This document shows, one piece after another, positions 1-10,830 of a stretch of DNA of 24,035 nucleotides. This DNA is from Octopus sinensis. Taxonomy: Eukaryota. A program made the translations under genes and the position numbers. Location of the stretch: contig NW_021836477.1 in NCBI RefSeq assembly GCF_006345805.1, positions 1 to 24,035 of the forward strand, written 5' to 3'. Position 1 is the first letter of the stretch. Each line of letters starts with the position of its first letter. The notes beneath the pieces were generated by a model that saw only the letters and a program-made list of their open reading frames with translations, was not told where the DNA came from and ran no database searches.

Positions 1-84
1 ATGTAATCGATTTAATACCTTTGTCTGTCCTTGTTTGTCCCCTCTGTGTTTAGCCCCTTATGTGTAATAAAGAAATAGGTATTA
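1..84 (+). mobile_element. 3' part of a SINE tandem unit (Nin/Deu-domain-like family), cut by the window edge
   Basis: Near-identical to the ...atgtaatcgacttaatcc..tgtctgtccttgtttgtcc..gtgtttagcccc..aaagaaatagg segments at 5895-5972 and 12054-12131. Confidence 0.8.
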
Positions 85-99
85 TTATTACATATATTA

Positions 100-445
100 T
101 TATGGCCTGGTTCCAACACAGACCGTAGTAACAAAGTTCACTCGCCACACTTCTCGGTCCATCATCACTGCCTCGAGGTCCTGGATATATTCCAGACCAG
201 TGTCTGCAATTAAGTTGTCAATGTAAGTGTGACGAAGTCTTCTTTTTCTTACATCACCATTAAGTAGTTTCCACAAAACTAATTTGGATGCTTTCAGTTC
301 AGGATTGTGCACGCAGTGACATGATGGTCGCAGCCGTCTTTACCTGATCTCGCTAACTTTCGGAAGGCCTCCATAAAGACATTCATTTATCATATGTTGC
401 TGCCATTTCACATTTAGGGCGATACGTAGCCTCCTTGTGTAATAT
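100..445 (-). mobile_element. RTE-clade LINE, degenerate 3' coding fragment
   Basis: Minus-strand translation YTRRLRIALNVKWQQH..LYGGLPKVSEIR*RRLR..HC..HNPELKASKLVLWK..RHTYIDNLIADTGL..AVMMDREVWR resembles the C-terminus of RTE/RTE-X ORFs. Confidence 0.75.
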
Positions 446-554
446 TCAGTATTCGATCCTCAGAAAAGGGGACATTGGGGGTAAAAGTCAAACCTGTTAT
501 CTTCAATTCGGTTTTCGTGTCTAAGCTTGGGTAATGACTGAAAGAGTACAATCG

Positions 555-800
555 TGAATAGAAGCGGATATTTGGAGTAACGTTACGCGACAAGATGCGT
601 AGCTCGGAGATCAGGAAGTCCCTCTCTCGAACGAGGCGCTACTTCTCATTGAGAGGTCTCAGCTCCGGTACTATGGCTACGTTGCAGGAAATAATCGCAA
701 GACGGATTATTCAAGCCGAGTCAACTGGTCGAAAAGTTAGAGATAGCCCAAGAACGAGATGGTTGGATAGCATCCATAGCCTCAGTTGATCACGCTTGGA
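555..800 (+). mobile_element. RTE-clade LINE, degenerate 3' coding fragment (different family)
   Basis: RIFGVTLRDKMRSSEIRKSL / LLLIERSQLR / RRIIQAESTGRKVRDSPRTRWLDSI resembles the RTE C-terminal 'ERSQLRW..GRPRTRW' region. Frameshifted. Confidence 0.7.
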
Positions 801-1330
801 GACCGAGTTGGCAAATCAAAATGAGAATTGATTCTGACAGGACCCTATAAAGGAGTTACCTGAGAATCCTACCCCTACGATTCTCCCACGAACAGTGAGT
901 GAAAAAGATGGATGGATGGAGAGATGGATGGATGAATGGGTAGGTGAATGGATTATGAACATCCATAATCGTCTGAAGAAGTTTGGAAAGTTTTGCTGAA
1001 ACTTTGACAATGAACGTGGGTTCCACATGCTCTTTCAGGAGCAAATTTTCAGTAAGAGCTTAATCGCTGCGAATCACTCCATACATGAAACGCTCGAGCG
1101 TATCGTGACTGGAGAGGAGAAATATATTATTTACAGCAGCGCTTCTTAAAGTATGGGTCGTGAAGCGAAATGCTGGGATCGCGAAATTTAAATTCAAACA
1201 CTTGGATTTTAGTTTATATGTTATTTCACAAATTTCTGTTTTTATGTTACTTCTGAAATGGCATTACATGTTCTTTTGTCATTTAGGACCACATACCCAT
1301 GTCAAACGACTTTTTCAGCTTTAACCCTAA

Positions 1331-1729
1331 CTAGCAGTATCGCCCGGCGTTGCTCGGGTTTGTTTTGATCCTTTAGAATTGGAACTTTTGAAAATTAAAA
1401 ATTTTGCGTTATGTAACTTGTTATTCTCTTTAAGTGAACATTTTTTTTGGTTGAAATACACCGAAAAATGGTGATACAACAGTCAAAAAATCGTAAAAAA
1501 TAGGGATTTTCATAGAAAAAAAAAGTACCTTTTTGATGTAAATAATTTTTGATGCTAACATGGTCCGATTTGAATTTTTTGTTCTACGGAAGGAAGGGCA
1601 ATCCTTCTTCTATCATAATCTCAATTTTGGTCAACTTGTGCCGCAGGGTCTCGGAGGAGATAGTGTTAGTTGAAGGCTACCGAACCTGCCACACACACAC
1701 AGACAACTTCAGTTTTATATATAGAGAGA
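1331..1729 (-). mobile_element. Non-autonomous Helitron (~400 bp)
   Basis: On the minus strand it starts TC(TCTCTATATATAAAAC..) and ends with the hairpin cccgagcaacgccggg followed shortly by CTAG. It is inserted between A and T with no TSD, and removing it restores the hAT frame (cta a|tt aaa gcc). Confidence 0.85.
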
Positions 1730-1957
1730 TTAAAGCCAAATACCGTTGAACGTTAAAAAACGTAGATGCTTTACGTCCAGCAGTGTTAAATATTTACACC
1801 AAGGTTTAATTTGTTAGACAGCAAAAAACAAGCACTTTCGTCAAGTTGATTTTTGCTTTGGTTTATTTACGTACTCGAAACATTTACTTTTATTTTGACA
1901 AATAATATAACTACTTTTTTTATATGTATTATTGTTCAGCCAAAAATAAATGATTTA

Positions 1958-2392
1958 TACTCTTACTCTTTTTTACTCTTTTACTTGTTTCAGTCATTTG
2001 ACTGCGGCCATGCAGGAGCACCGCCTTTAGTCGAGCAAATTGACACCGGGACTTATTCTTTTGTAAGCCCAGTACTTATTCAATCGGTCTCTTTTGCCGA
2101 ACCGCTAAGTGACGGGGACGTAAACACACCAGCATCGGTTGTCAAGCCATGCTAGGGGGACAAACACACAAACACATACACACAAACATATACACACACA
2201 CTTATTATATATATATATATATATACATATATACGACAGGCTTCTTTCAGTTTCTGTCTACCAAATCCACTCACAAGGCATTGGTCGGCCCGGGGCTATA
2301 GCAGAAGACACTTGCCCAAGATGCCACGCAGTGGGACTGAACCCGGAACCATGTGGTTGGTTAGCAAGCTACTTACCACACAGCCACTCCTA
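1958..2392 (-). mobile_element. Full-length tRNA-derived SINE (CORE-like) with internal (CA)/(TA) tract
   Basis: Minus strand: A-box-like tggctgtgtggtaag, B-box ggttcagtccc, CORE-like cttgggcaagtg, and a (gagtaa)/(aaaag) simple-repeat tail. Homologous to 18242-18402 and 19075-19497. Confidence 0.85.
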
Positions 2393-3154
2393 TCTTTTAT
2401 TTCATATATAATACCTGGGGTCGCGAAAAATCTCGCATTTGAAAATGGGGCCACGAATGATAAAAGTTTAAGAAGTGCGGCTTTACAGCAATATTTAGTT
2501 CTGTAAATAATAGCTTAGCGCAAATCAGAATCAAGCACAGAATTTACGAGAGGGATTTCACCAAAAGAAAAAAAAAAAAATCATCGTGTTTGATCGGTTA
2601 TGGGAAAATTAAGCTATTATGAGTTTTTAAGGGTCAGTCACGCGCTCACCTATGAAGTCAACCATCAGCAACTTCATCGTTTGAAGATTGGCTTGGATAA
2701 AAAAAAAAAAAAGGTTCCTGTTTCGAATCACAGAAGGGCCCCCAGTTCATCAAGATGATTGAAATCAATAGAATCTATGCAAATCCCTACTACAAAATGT
2801 TCTGGAACCGTTTGTACAGAAAACATGCTTCACTCACCATCAACATTCTTCAGACTTTATTCCATTAGACATTTACTAATCTAGATCTTCGTAAAACCAT
2901 ATCGATAGTAAAATTATGGCCAATGGGGAAGACATAGAAAATTAATTAAATATATGTTTTAATTCAAAGCTCAAGGAATTTTGCGAATCAGGCATTGGAA
3001 AATATACAGATAGAGGGGGAAAAGTGATACAAGATTAAAGAATTATAGGCGATGATTAAATTTGCTGTATTAAATATCATGTTTGTACTTTTAAATATAT
3101 ACTTAAAAATCGTACAGAACTATCTATATAACCGGGTAACATACATTCATACGT

Positions 3155-3346
3155 GGTGTGTGTGTGTGTGTGTGTGTGTGTGCCTGTGCGTACATGTGTA
3201 ATATGTGTGCAGACACTCGTTATACATGTGTTGTGTGTGTGTGTGTGTAGTATGTGTTATGCAGCAATGGATGCATGTATATAACGTTATATTCTTCATT
3301 CATTGTTTTTGTTTAGTTCTATATATGATATATATAATATAATATA

Positions 3347-3399
<53 letters not shown>

Positions 3400-3455
3400 G
3401 TATATGTATATGTATATATAAATATATGATATATACATATACATATATGCATGCA

Positions 3456-3527
<72 letters not shown>

Positions 3528-3600
3528 CTATATATATATATACATGTGTGTGTTGTGTGTGTGTGTGTGTGTGTTGTGTTGTGTGTATGTGTGTGTGTGA
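3155..3600. repeat. Compound microsatellite (TG)n/(TA)n/(TATC)n
   Basis: Directly visible tandem repeats. Confidence 0.95.
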
Positions 3601-3899
3601 TGTAGATGACAGCATAAAGGACGGAGTGGATGATTTACTAACATAAAAAAATTAATATGAAAAAAAGGTTAGTAAAATGTGCATATGTATGTATATATGC
3701 ATGAGGTATGCACGTGTGTTTGTGCGCGCGTGAGTGTGCGAATGAGTGTGGGTGGTGGTTGATGGGTTGAAGGCACAAAGGTGAGATAAAAATTGAGTGT
3801 TGGTGAGATCGAGAAAGCGACAGAGCAAGATGTGGAGGCTACGTGTCAGAGTAAAGTAGTGAGAGAGCAAAATACCAGTGAGTTTAAGGCATCCGTGTG

Positions 3900-3979
3900 T
3901 ATAGGGGGAGAAATAAAGTGACAGTGAGAGAGGGAGTGAGAGAGAGAGAGACAGAGAAAGGGAGTGAGGGAGGGAGATT

Positions 3980-4010
<31 letters not shown>

Positions 4011-4155
4011 GTAGACTGAGAAAGGGTGAAAGAGACTCGGAAATATGTGTGGGTTGAATGTAAGACAAAAGAAAGATTAAGTATATTTGGGAGAGAGGTA
4101 GAGAGAAGATGTGTTAAAGTGTGTGTGTGAGAGAGGCATAGACATATAGATAGAT

Positions 4156-4242
<87 letters not shown>

Positions 4243-4610
4243 GAGACAGACAGACAGTGTGAAGAAGAGAGAGAGAGATGCAGAAATATATGTGTGTTAA
4301 ATATAAGATATAGAAAACATTAAATATATTTCGGAGAGAAGTAGAGAGAATGGAGAATGTACTAATGGGAGTGAGAGAGAAGGAGAGAAGGAGCGTAAGC
4401 AAGAGAGGGTGAGCAAGAGAGAAAGAGAGGAAATATAGGATACAAAGATTAATTGAAGGTATATACTGTGAGTATAGGAGTGATGGTATATGTACCAAAA
4501 AGAGAGAGAGAGACATGGGTGTGTGAAGGAAATAGAGAGAGAGAATGGTGAAAAGAAAGAGAAAGAGAAAGTGAAAGAGAAAGTGAAAGAGAAACGAAGA
4601 GAGAAGTATA
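3900..4610. repeat. Purine-rich low-complexity tract containing (GA)n and (GATA)n (~4146-4241)
   Basis: Directly visible. Confidence 0.9.
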
Positions 4611-4659
4611 TCAAACACGTCATATGCAACAGACAGATAGGAATTTTATAAATAATTTT

Positions 4660-4953
4660 TTCTTGAAAATAAAATAAAATAAAATAAAACAGAAAAAAAG
4701 AATACGGAAGAAAAGCAACAAAAATGGCAAAAAAATAATAAAATAATAATACAAACTCCACTAACTAGAACAAACAAACAGCTCTAGGTTAAATAAAAAA
4801 AGAACAAAAATAAGCATAATTTCAAAAAACACAGCAAAAACAACAGGTACACATTATTGAGAGCGTGTAATTTATTTGTAAAATTAACATAAGTTTAACA
4901 TAAACTAATTGGTATTTATCGATTATATAAATATTACTTTTTAAATTTATTAC

Positions 4954-4987
<34 letters not shown>

Positions 4988-5098
4988 TTTGTTTTTGTTT
5001 TTGCTTTGTTTCTTTTTGTTTGTTTCTTGCTCTTCCCCCTTCCACTCCTTTTAATTAAAAATGTTGTCATCGTGTTTAATTTTGTAGTTGCTGTTGTT

Positions 5099-5129
<31 letters not shown>

Positions 5130-5230
5130 TTGACGTTGTTTGTGTTTTGCTTTTATGAAACAAACAAATAAACAGAAAGAAAGATAGAAAGAAAAGCTAA
5201 AAGAATATTAACAAACAAAAAAAACAACAA
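4660..5230. repeat. A-rich / (TAT)n / (GTT)n low-complexity region
   Basis: Directly visible. Confidence 0.85.
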
Positions 5231-5744
5231 CCGTGTCTGAAGTGAGATATCTGCCATGTTTTAATAACGCTGTCTGACAAAATTATTTGAAAGCCGACAT
5301 TTTGGAAAAACATGGGCGTAATAGATAGCAGTTGACCGAAGCGTTACAGCCACGATCGTGGTACCAAAACGAAGAAGAACCTTCACTTTATCTATATAGT
5401 CACAGACATTCCTTTACTGAGCCATTAACATCACATAACAGTTGCTATTCTTGTTGTTGCTGTTGCTGTTTTTTATAGTTGCTGTTGTTTCTTTTGCAGT
5501 TGTTGTTACTGTTTAGGCATCAAGCACGCACGTCTGTGAGTGTATGTGTGCGTACGTGTGTGTCTGTGAGTGTGTGAATATGTGTCTGTGTGAGAGAGAG
5601 AGAGAGCAAGGAAGGGTGAATAATTAAAGCATTAATGCACCAACCAAAATACTCGGGAGTAATGTTGATCTGCTGATCTGTGCCAATATGCCTAGTAAGG
5701 TTTCAGCAGGTTTCCAAATCGCTACCCTAACCGTGGGGTATTGA

Positions 5745-6155
5745 TGGCGCTGGCAGAAACAAAAGCACACCGGGCGAAATACTTGGCAGCATTTCGTCTG
5801 CCGCTACGTTCTGAGTTCAAATTCTGTCGAGGTCGAATTTGCCTTTCATCCTTTCGGGGTCGATTAAATAAGTAGCAGTTACGCACTGGGGTCGATGTAA
5901 TCGACTTAATCCGTTTGTCTGTCCTTGTTTGTCCTATCTGTGTTTAGCCCCTTGTGGGTAATAAAGAAATAGGAATTTCGTCTGTCGCTACCTTCTGAGT
6001 TCAAAGTCCGCCGAGGTCGACTTTGCCTTTCATCCTTTCGGGGTCGATTAAAATAAGCACCAGTTACGTACTGGGGTCGATGTAATCGCTTAATCCCTTT
6101 GTCTGTCCTTGTTTGTCCCCTCTATGTTTAGCCCCGTGTGAGTAGTAAAGAAGTA
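5745..6155 (+). mobile_element. tRNA-derived SINE (Nin/Deu-domain-like) with two tandem ~185-bp body units
   Basis: Head ggcgctggcagaaac, B-box gagttcaaatt, and central gcctttcatcctttcggggtcgattaaataagta.cag. The unit is repeated from ~5974. Confidence 0.8.
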
Positions 6156-6187
6156 AAAAAAAATATTGATGCGGCATCAGTATTAGT

Positions 6188-6285
6188 TGGTGTGGCTTAC
6201 AAAATCGCTTTGCAACCATATGGTTTCGGGTTCAGACCCACTCCACGTCTACTTGGACGAGTGTTTTCTACTACTATAGTCCAGA
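6188..6285 (+). mobile_element. Degenerate 5' half of CORE-like SINE
   Basis: caaccatatggtttcgggttcagacccact..cttggacgagtgttttctacta aligns with 18280-18340. Confidence 0.6.
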
Positions 6286-6344
6286 TACAAACGGTTAAAA
6301 ACGTAAAGATAAGCTGGGAAATTTTGTCCGACATACACCTTTTA

Positions 6345-6530
6345 TGTTAATCATTAGGCAGCAGCCATGCTGGGGCATCGTCTTGAAGTGTTTAATCGAA
6401 CAAATCGCCGCCGGTCATTAACTTTAAGTTTATTCTATCTTTTGCCGAACCGCAAAGTTACAGGAGCCTAAACAAGCCAATACCAGTTTTCAATTACCAA
6501 GTGGTATAGTAGGGACAAACACACACACAC
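6345..6530 (-). mobile_element. Degenerate 3' half of CORE-like SINE
   Basis: gccatgctggggca..ttattctatcttttgccgaaccgc..gggacaaacacac aligns with 2007-2170. Confidence 0.65.
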
Positions 6531-6593
6531 ATACATGCATACATACATATATACATGCATACGTACATGCATACATTTTTCTCTCTTTCTCTG

Positions 6594-6880
6594 TTCCGCC
6601 GAGGTCGACTTTGCCTTTCATCCTTTCGGGGTCGATAAATTAAGTACCAGTTACGCACTGGGGTCGATGTAATCGACTTAATCCTCTGTGTTTTAGCCCC
6701 TTGTGGGTAGTAAAGAAATAGGTATTTCGTCTGCCGCTACGTTCTGAGTTCAAATTCCGCCGTGGTCGACTTTGCCTTTCATCCTTTCGGGGTCGATTAA
6801 ATAAGTACCAGTTACGCACTGGAGTCGATATAATCGACTTAATCCGTTTGTCTGTCCTTGTTTGTCCTCTCTGTGTTTAG
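6594..6880 (+). mobile_element. 5'-truncated Nin/Deu-like SINE with two tandem units
   Basis: Two copies of gtcgactttgcctttcatcctttcggggtcgat..gtaccagttacgcactgg. The first unit has an internal deletion. Confidence 0.8.
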
Positions 6881-7069
6881 AAACCTGCTGAAACCATTGC
6901 TTTGTTTCCTCATTCCTTTCTGTAGAAGACACGAAACATCAAACACTCATCCACTTTTCCTGGGCGTTAAACTAATATACCTCATTGTTTGTTGTTCTCT
7001 CACATGTCAGTGTCTACTGCTTTCTTTCGTTTTAGTTTTTTTTTTTAACAATTTTGGGCCACATATATA

Positions 7070-7300
7070 CAGGGTTGGCAAAAAGTCACCCGACAGTAAA
7101 TCAAATTTCCATAAATACTTTCCGTTATTCTGTATTGAATCGAATGGGAAAATGTGTCGCTCAAGAAGGACTTCACTTTGAACAGTTTTCAAGAGGCTTC
7201 AGGTTTAGATGCTATCATTAAATTCATTCAGTTGTTAAACATAAATAAAACTTCGAATTAAATAGTTTTGTTTTACTGTCAGCTGACTTGGCCAATCCTG
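7070..7300. mobile_element. Tc1/mariner-type MITE
   Basis: Imperfect ~35-bp TIRs: cagggttggcaaaaagtcacccgacagtaaatcaaa versus right-end reverse complement caggattggccaagtcagctgacagtaaaacaaa. TA on both flanks. Confidence 0.8.
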
Positions 7301-7347
<47 letters not shown>

Positions 7348-7402
7348 TGTGCGTGCGTGTGTTTGCGTGTGTTTGCGTGTGTGTGTGTGGTGTGTGTGTG
7401 TG

Positions 7403-7516
7403 TACAGATATAGGGGAAAAAGTGATACAAGATTAAAGAATTATGGCGATGATTAAATTTGCTGTATTAAATATCATGTTTGTACTTTTAAATATATACT
7501 TAAAATCGTACAGAAC
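7403..7516 (+). repeat. Near-identical duplicate of the mariner 3' end at 3005-3120
   Basis: Shared aaaagtgatacaagattaaagaatta(.)ggcgatgattaaatttgctgtattaaatatcatgtttgtacttttaaatatatacttaaaa(a)tcgtacagaac. Confidence 0.9.
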
Positions 7517-7589
7517 ATTCGTACGTGCGTCGGTAAGGTATGTTTGCTGAAAACCGCTTTGATGGAAGGCGGATCTTGATGTTAAGGCG

Positions 7590-8058
7590 AGAAATAAGAA
7601 GGCGGTGATCTTCGACCCCTCAAGGTCATCAGTGGGTGGCCTGAAGAACGCAGCTGGCTCTACGTTAACCAACACCCAGAGAATCCTGGATCGCTGGAAG
7701 TCCCATTTCGTTGAGCCTACATAACGACCACTCACGCACTCCAGACGATCTCCTCCAAAACAGCACATCGCTTCCCATCTGCCATTGGATGTCCTTGTCG
7801 CCCTTGCCCCATGAGTTCAACAAGGCACTCGAGCGCAAAGCCCCAGGACTAGACAACATCCCGTTTGAGTTTTTCACGCACGGAGGTTCTGAGCTGAAAA
7901 ATTATCTGACGCTCCTTATCATCAAGATCTGGGAAAGCAAGACCCTCCCGAACGACGTAGCTATCATCACCATCTACAAGAAGATATACCGAGAGGATTG
8001 CAATAACTATCGGGGCATCTCACTCCTGAGTATTGAAAGCAAGATCTTCGCCCGTATA

Positions 8059-8060
<2 letters not shown>
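7590..8060 (+). mobile_element. RTE/BovB-like LINE fragment (linker and start of the reverse transcriptase)
   Basis: LKNAAGSTLTNTQRILDRWKSHF, then KAPGLDNIPFEFFTHGG..IIKIWE..IITIYKK..DCNNYRGISLLSIESKIFARIL (non-LTR RT domains 0-2). Truncated at (TA)n. Confidence 0.9.
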
Positions 8061-8122
<62 letters not shown>

Positions 8123-8124
<2 letters not shown>

Positions 8125-8332
8125 AGGGAAGCTTTATGAAAATAAACAAAAGACGAAGGCAGGTGGAATACAAACAAACGATTGTATTAGTATGGCGCTC
8201 AGGAATATAAATAAAACAAGTCTTTTACGTTTCGAGCCTACGGTCTTCAACAGAAAGATACACAGAAAAGAAACACGGAGAGAAACAAGGAGAGAAAAAA
8301 AAATGCGTGCAGAAGCTAGCGAATCAACATGG

Positions 8333-8335
<3 letters not shown>
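8123..8335 (-). mobile_element. Probable Penelope-like pLTR/3' UTR fragment between two (TA)n tracts
   Basis: Non-coding segment flanked by (TA)n on both sides and carrying a minimal hammerhead-like motif (8221-8258). The family assignment is inferred. Confidence 0.5.
8221..8258 (-). ncRNA. Minimal type I hammerhead-like motif with variant core
   Basis: Minus strand UCUUU-CUGUUGA-A-GACC-GUAG-GCUC-GAAAC-GUA-AAAGA. Stem I UCUUU/AAAGA, palindromic stem III ACGU, GUA site. Deviations: A6>U and one stem II mismatch. Confidence 0.5.
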
Positions 8336-8381
<46 letters not shown>

Positions 8382-8395
8382 TATATGATAAATAC

Positions 8396-8558
8396 TACGG
8401 GCTTCTTTCAGTTTCCGCCTACGAAATTCACTAACAAGGGTTTGGTCGGCCCGGGACTATAGTAGGAGACACTCGCCCAAGGTGCCGCGCAGTGGGACTG
8501 AACCTGAAACCATGTGGTTCGTTAGCAAGCTATTTTCCATACACACACTCCTGCACCT
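8396..8558 (-). mobile_element. 5' half of CORE-like SINE
   Basis: cgggcttctttcagtttcc..cccaaggtgccgcgcagtgggactgaacc matches the reverse complement of 18242-18402. Confidence 0.8.
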
Positions 8559-8929
8559 ATATACATATATCAGTGGTCATGTCTATAAATACTCATACCA
8601 ACATATACACATACATATACACTCGCACACAAATCTCTCTCTATATATATTTATATAAACATACACATGTGTCTCTTTGTATATATAGGTATGTAGTTAG
8701 GTAAGCCGTGGTGCAATTATTTAACAGTTTGTCAAATAAAGGGCATGTGAATATCTTGATAAATGTTATGCGTACTACGTTATGCATGTTTAACATACCT
8801 CCTACAGAAAACGCAGGGAAATATATATATATAGACATATATTCTGCAAATCATGCAGAAGCAGAAACACTGATTGACATATATGTATATATGGGTGCAT
8901 GTATATTCGCAGTACACGTATATAAACTT

Positions 8930-9215
8930 ACAGCGATATATGTGTGTGTGTGTGTGTACATGTGCATCTATACATACATAGATAGAGATAGAGAGAGAGA
9001 GAGAGAGAAGATGCATTTTTGTATAGTATATATATATATGTATATCCATATATATATATATATATATGGATATACATACATATGTATATATAATGTATAA
9101 TATATATATATATATGTACTATATATATATACATATGGGTGTATATGTATATGTATATATTTTTATACATATACATACATATATATACATACATATCTAT
9201 ACATATATATACATG

Positions 9216-9254
<39 letters not shown>

Positions 9255-9540
9255 GTGTATACATGTATATATGTATATATGTATATATTTTTATATATGT
9301 ATATATTTATGTATACACATATATTTATATATATATATGCGTATACATATCTCTCCCCATATATATACACACATATAATTTACTTATACACTCATACATA
9401 TATATATATATTCCTATATACATATATATATATATACGTATGTAGATATACATACATATACATTATACATATATGTATGTATGTATGTATGTATGTATTT
9501 ATGTATGTATGTGTGTTTATGTATTTATGTAAGTATTCAT
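8930..9540. repeat. Degenerate (TA)/(TACA)/(TATG) microsatellite field
   Basis: Directly visible. Confidence 0.9.
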
Positions 9541-9837
9541 ACTTATATTTTTGGCTATTCGCTTTCATTCTTCCATACAATTCTTGTAAATATAGGACCA
9601 TTTTGCGATCTACCCTACACCTCAGTCGGTCACATATCTGCAGAGATGCGAATCTTCATCACAACGCCACCATCATCATATCCGTGTCTACCCCGATGTT
9701 CCATCTTTTCAAAATCCACCGCACGCCACCGCAGCCGCCGCCTCCTTGTTTAGTTTCAACACTTAATTAATCATCGAACATGCATCTGGTGACATGCATC
9801 TTACTGGATGCAACGACAGTGGCTTTATCAATTGGTG

Positions 9838-9852
9838 ACTACCACTACTACA

Positions 9853-9896
<44 letters not shown>

Positions 9897-9994
9897 CACT
9901 ATTACTACTACCTCTACTACTACTACTACTACTACTATCAATCTTTTGAGACCAGTTTCTTTCTTTCTATCGTCGTCATCATCGCCATCATCAC

Positions 9995-10025
<31 letters not shown>

Positions 10026-10172
10026 GTCGTCATCATCATCATCATCACCATCATTACCATCATCATCGTCATAGTCATCAAACGAAATAAGGTGTCTGCT
10101 TATCCATGTTTATATATAAGTCAATATGCATGTCGAGAATTCAAGAGTATACGTATGTATACATACATACAA

Positions 10173-10243
<71 letters not shown>

Positions 10244-10260
10244 CACACACACACACACAC
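9838..10260. repeat. (TAC)n, (CAT)n and (CA)n microsatellites
   Basis: Directly visible. Source of the poly-T/S/Y/I pseudo-ORFs. Confidence 0.95.
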
Positions 10261-10797
10261 ATGCGTCTTTAGGCCTGTCTATTCTGTGTATATCTGTATT
10301 AACATGTCTTTATGCACGTGAATGCTTGAGACGTATCGGCATTGGTTGTGTGTGCACAAATATGGCGCTATTGCTATCATTTGACGATGTATCATCGGGA
10401 AAAATAATATGCATTTGGACAGCAGCCATGATAGCCGTATATCAAACGGCTTTAAGAAATCGTCTTCAATTCAGTTGTTATGTCAGAAGCAAACTTACTG
10501 TTAAATCCTCTTTTATCTTGTCTTAAGTTTTTCTGCTCTCCAACAATGATACACTGTCAGTATTTATAGCCGGACTAGAATCTGGAAGCCTACGTAAATC
10601 CCAAGCCAAGCACCCCGTACCAACGAAATTTACATGATTTGCAAAAAATTTGCATAAGTGAAGGAAAGAAATCTATGTCTATGTGTATGTGTGTATATAT
10701 GTATGCATGTATATGTGTGTGTGTATATGTGTGTGTATACTTATCTAAACGTATATTTATATTTTATGTATGTAATTGTATATACACATATGAATGT

Positions 10798-10830
<33 letters not shown>

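Larger units (their letters stand above)
1137..2480 (+). mobile_element. hAT (Charlie-like) internally deleted element
   Basis: TIRs cagcgcttcttaaa / tttaagaagtgcgg (2 mismatches in 14). 8-bp TSD atttacag (1129-1136) / ctttacag (2481-2488). Internal SEMALHVLLSFRTTYPCQTTFSALTL|IKAKYR resembles the hAT C-terminal dimerisation domain. Confidence 0.85.
955..3136 (+). mobile_element. Old mariner transposon remnant, interrupted by a hAT element at 1137-2480
   Basis: WVPHAL starts at 1017. LERIVTGEEKYIIY runs up to the insertion and continues SNI after it. Downstream are YEFL..QQLHRLK, HQD and SGIGKYTDRGGKVI. The 3' TIR-like aaatcgtacagaactatctatataaccggg+TA resembles the TIR at 22339-22365. Confidence 0.8.

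Noticed and set aside
3652-5163. Long minus-strand ORFs (138-244 aa)
   Set aside because: Translations of GA, GATA and TAT repeats (LSLS, YLSI, poly-I/T) with no domain.
5790-6880. CRISPR-like array
   Set aside because: Units are ~185-bp SINE bodies with no unique spacers, and there are no cas genes. Context is eukaryotic.
7605-7640. Hammerhead-like CUGAUGA..GAA on the minus strand
   Set aside because: GAAG instead of GAAA, no stem I or III, and it lies in RTE coding sequence.
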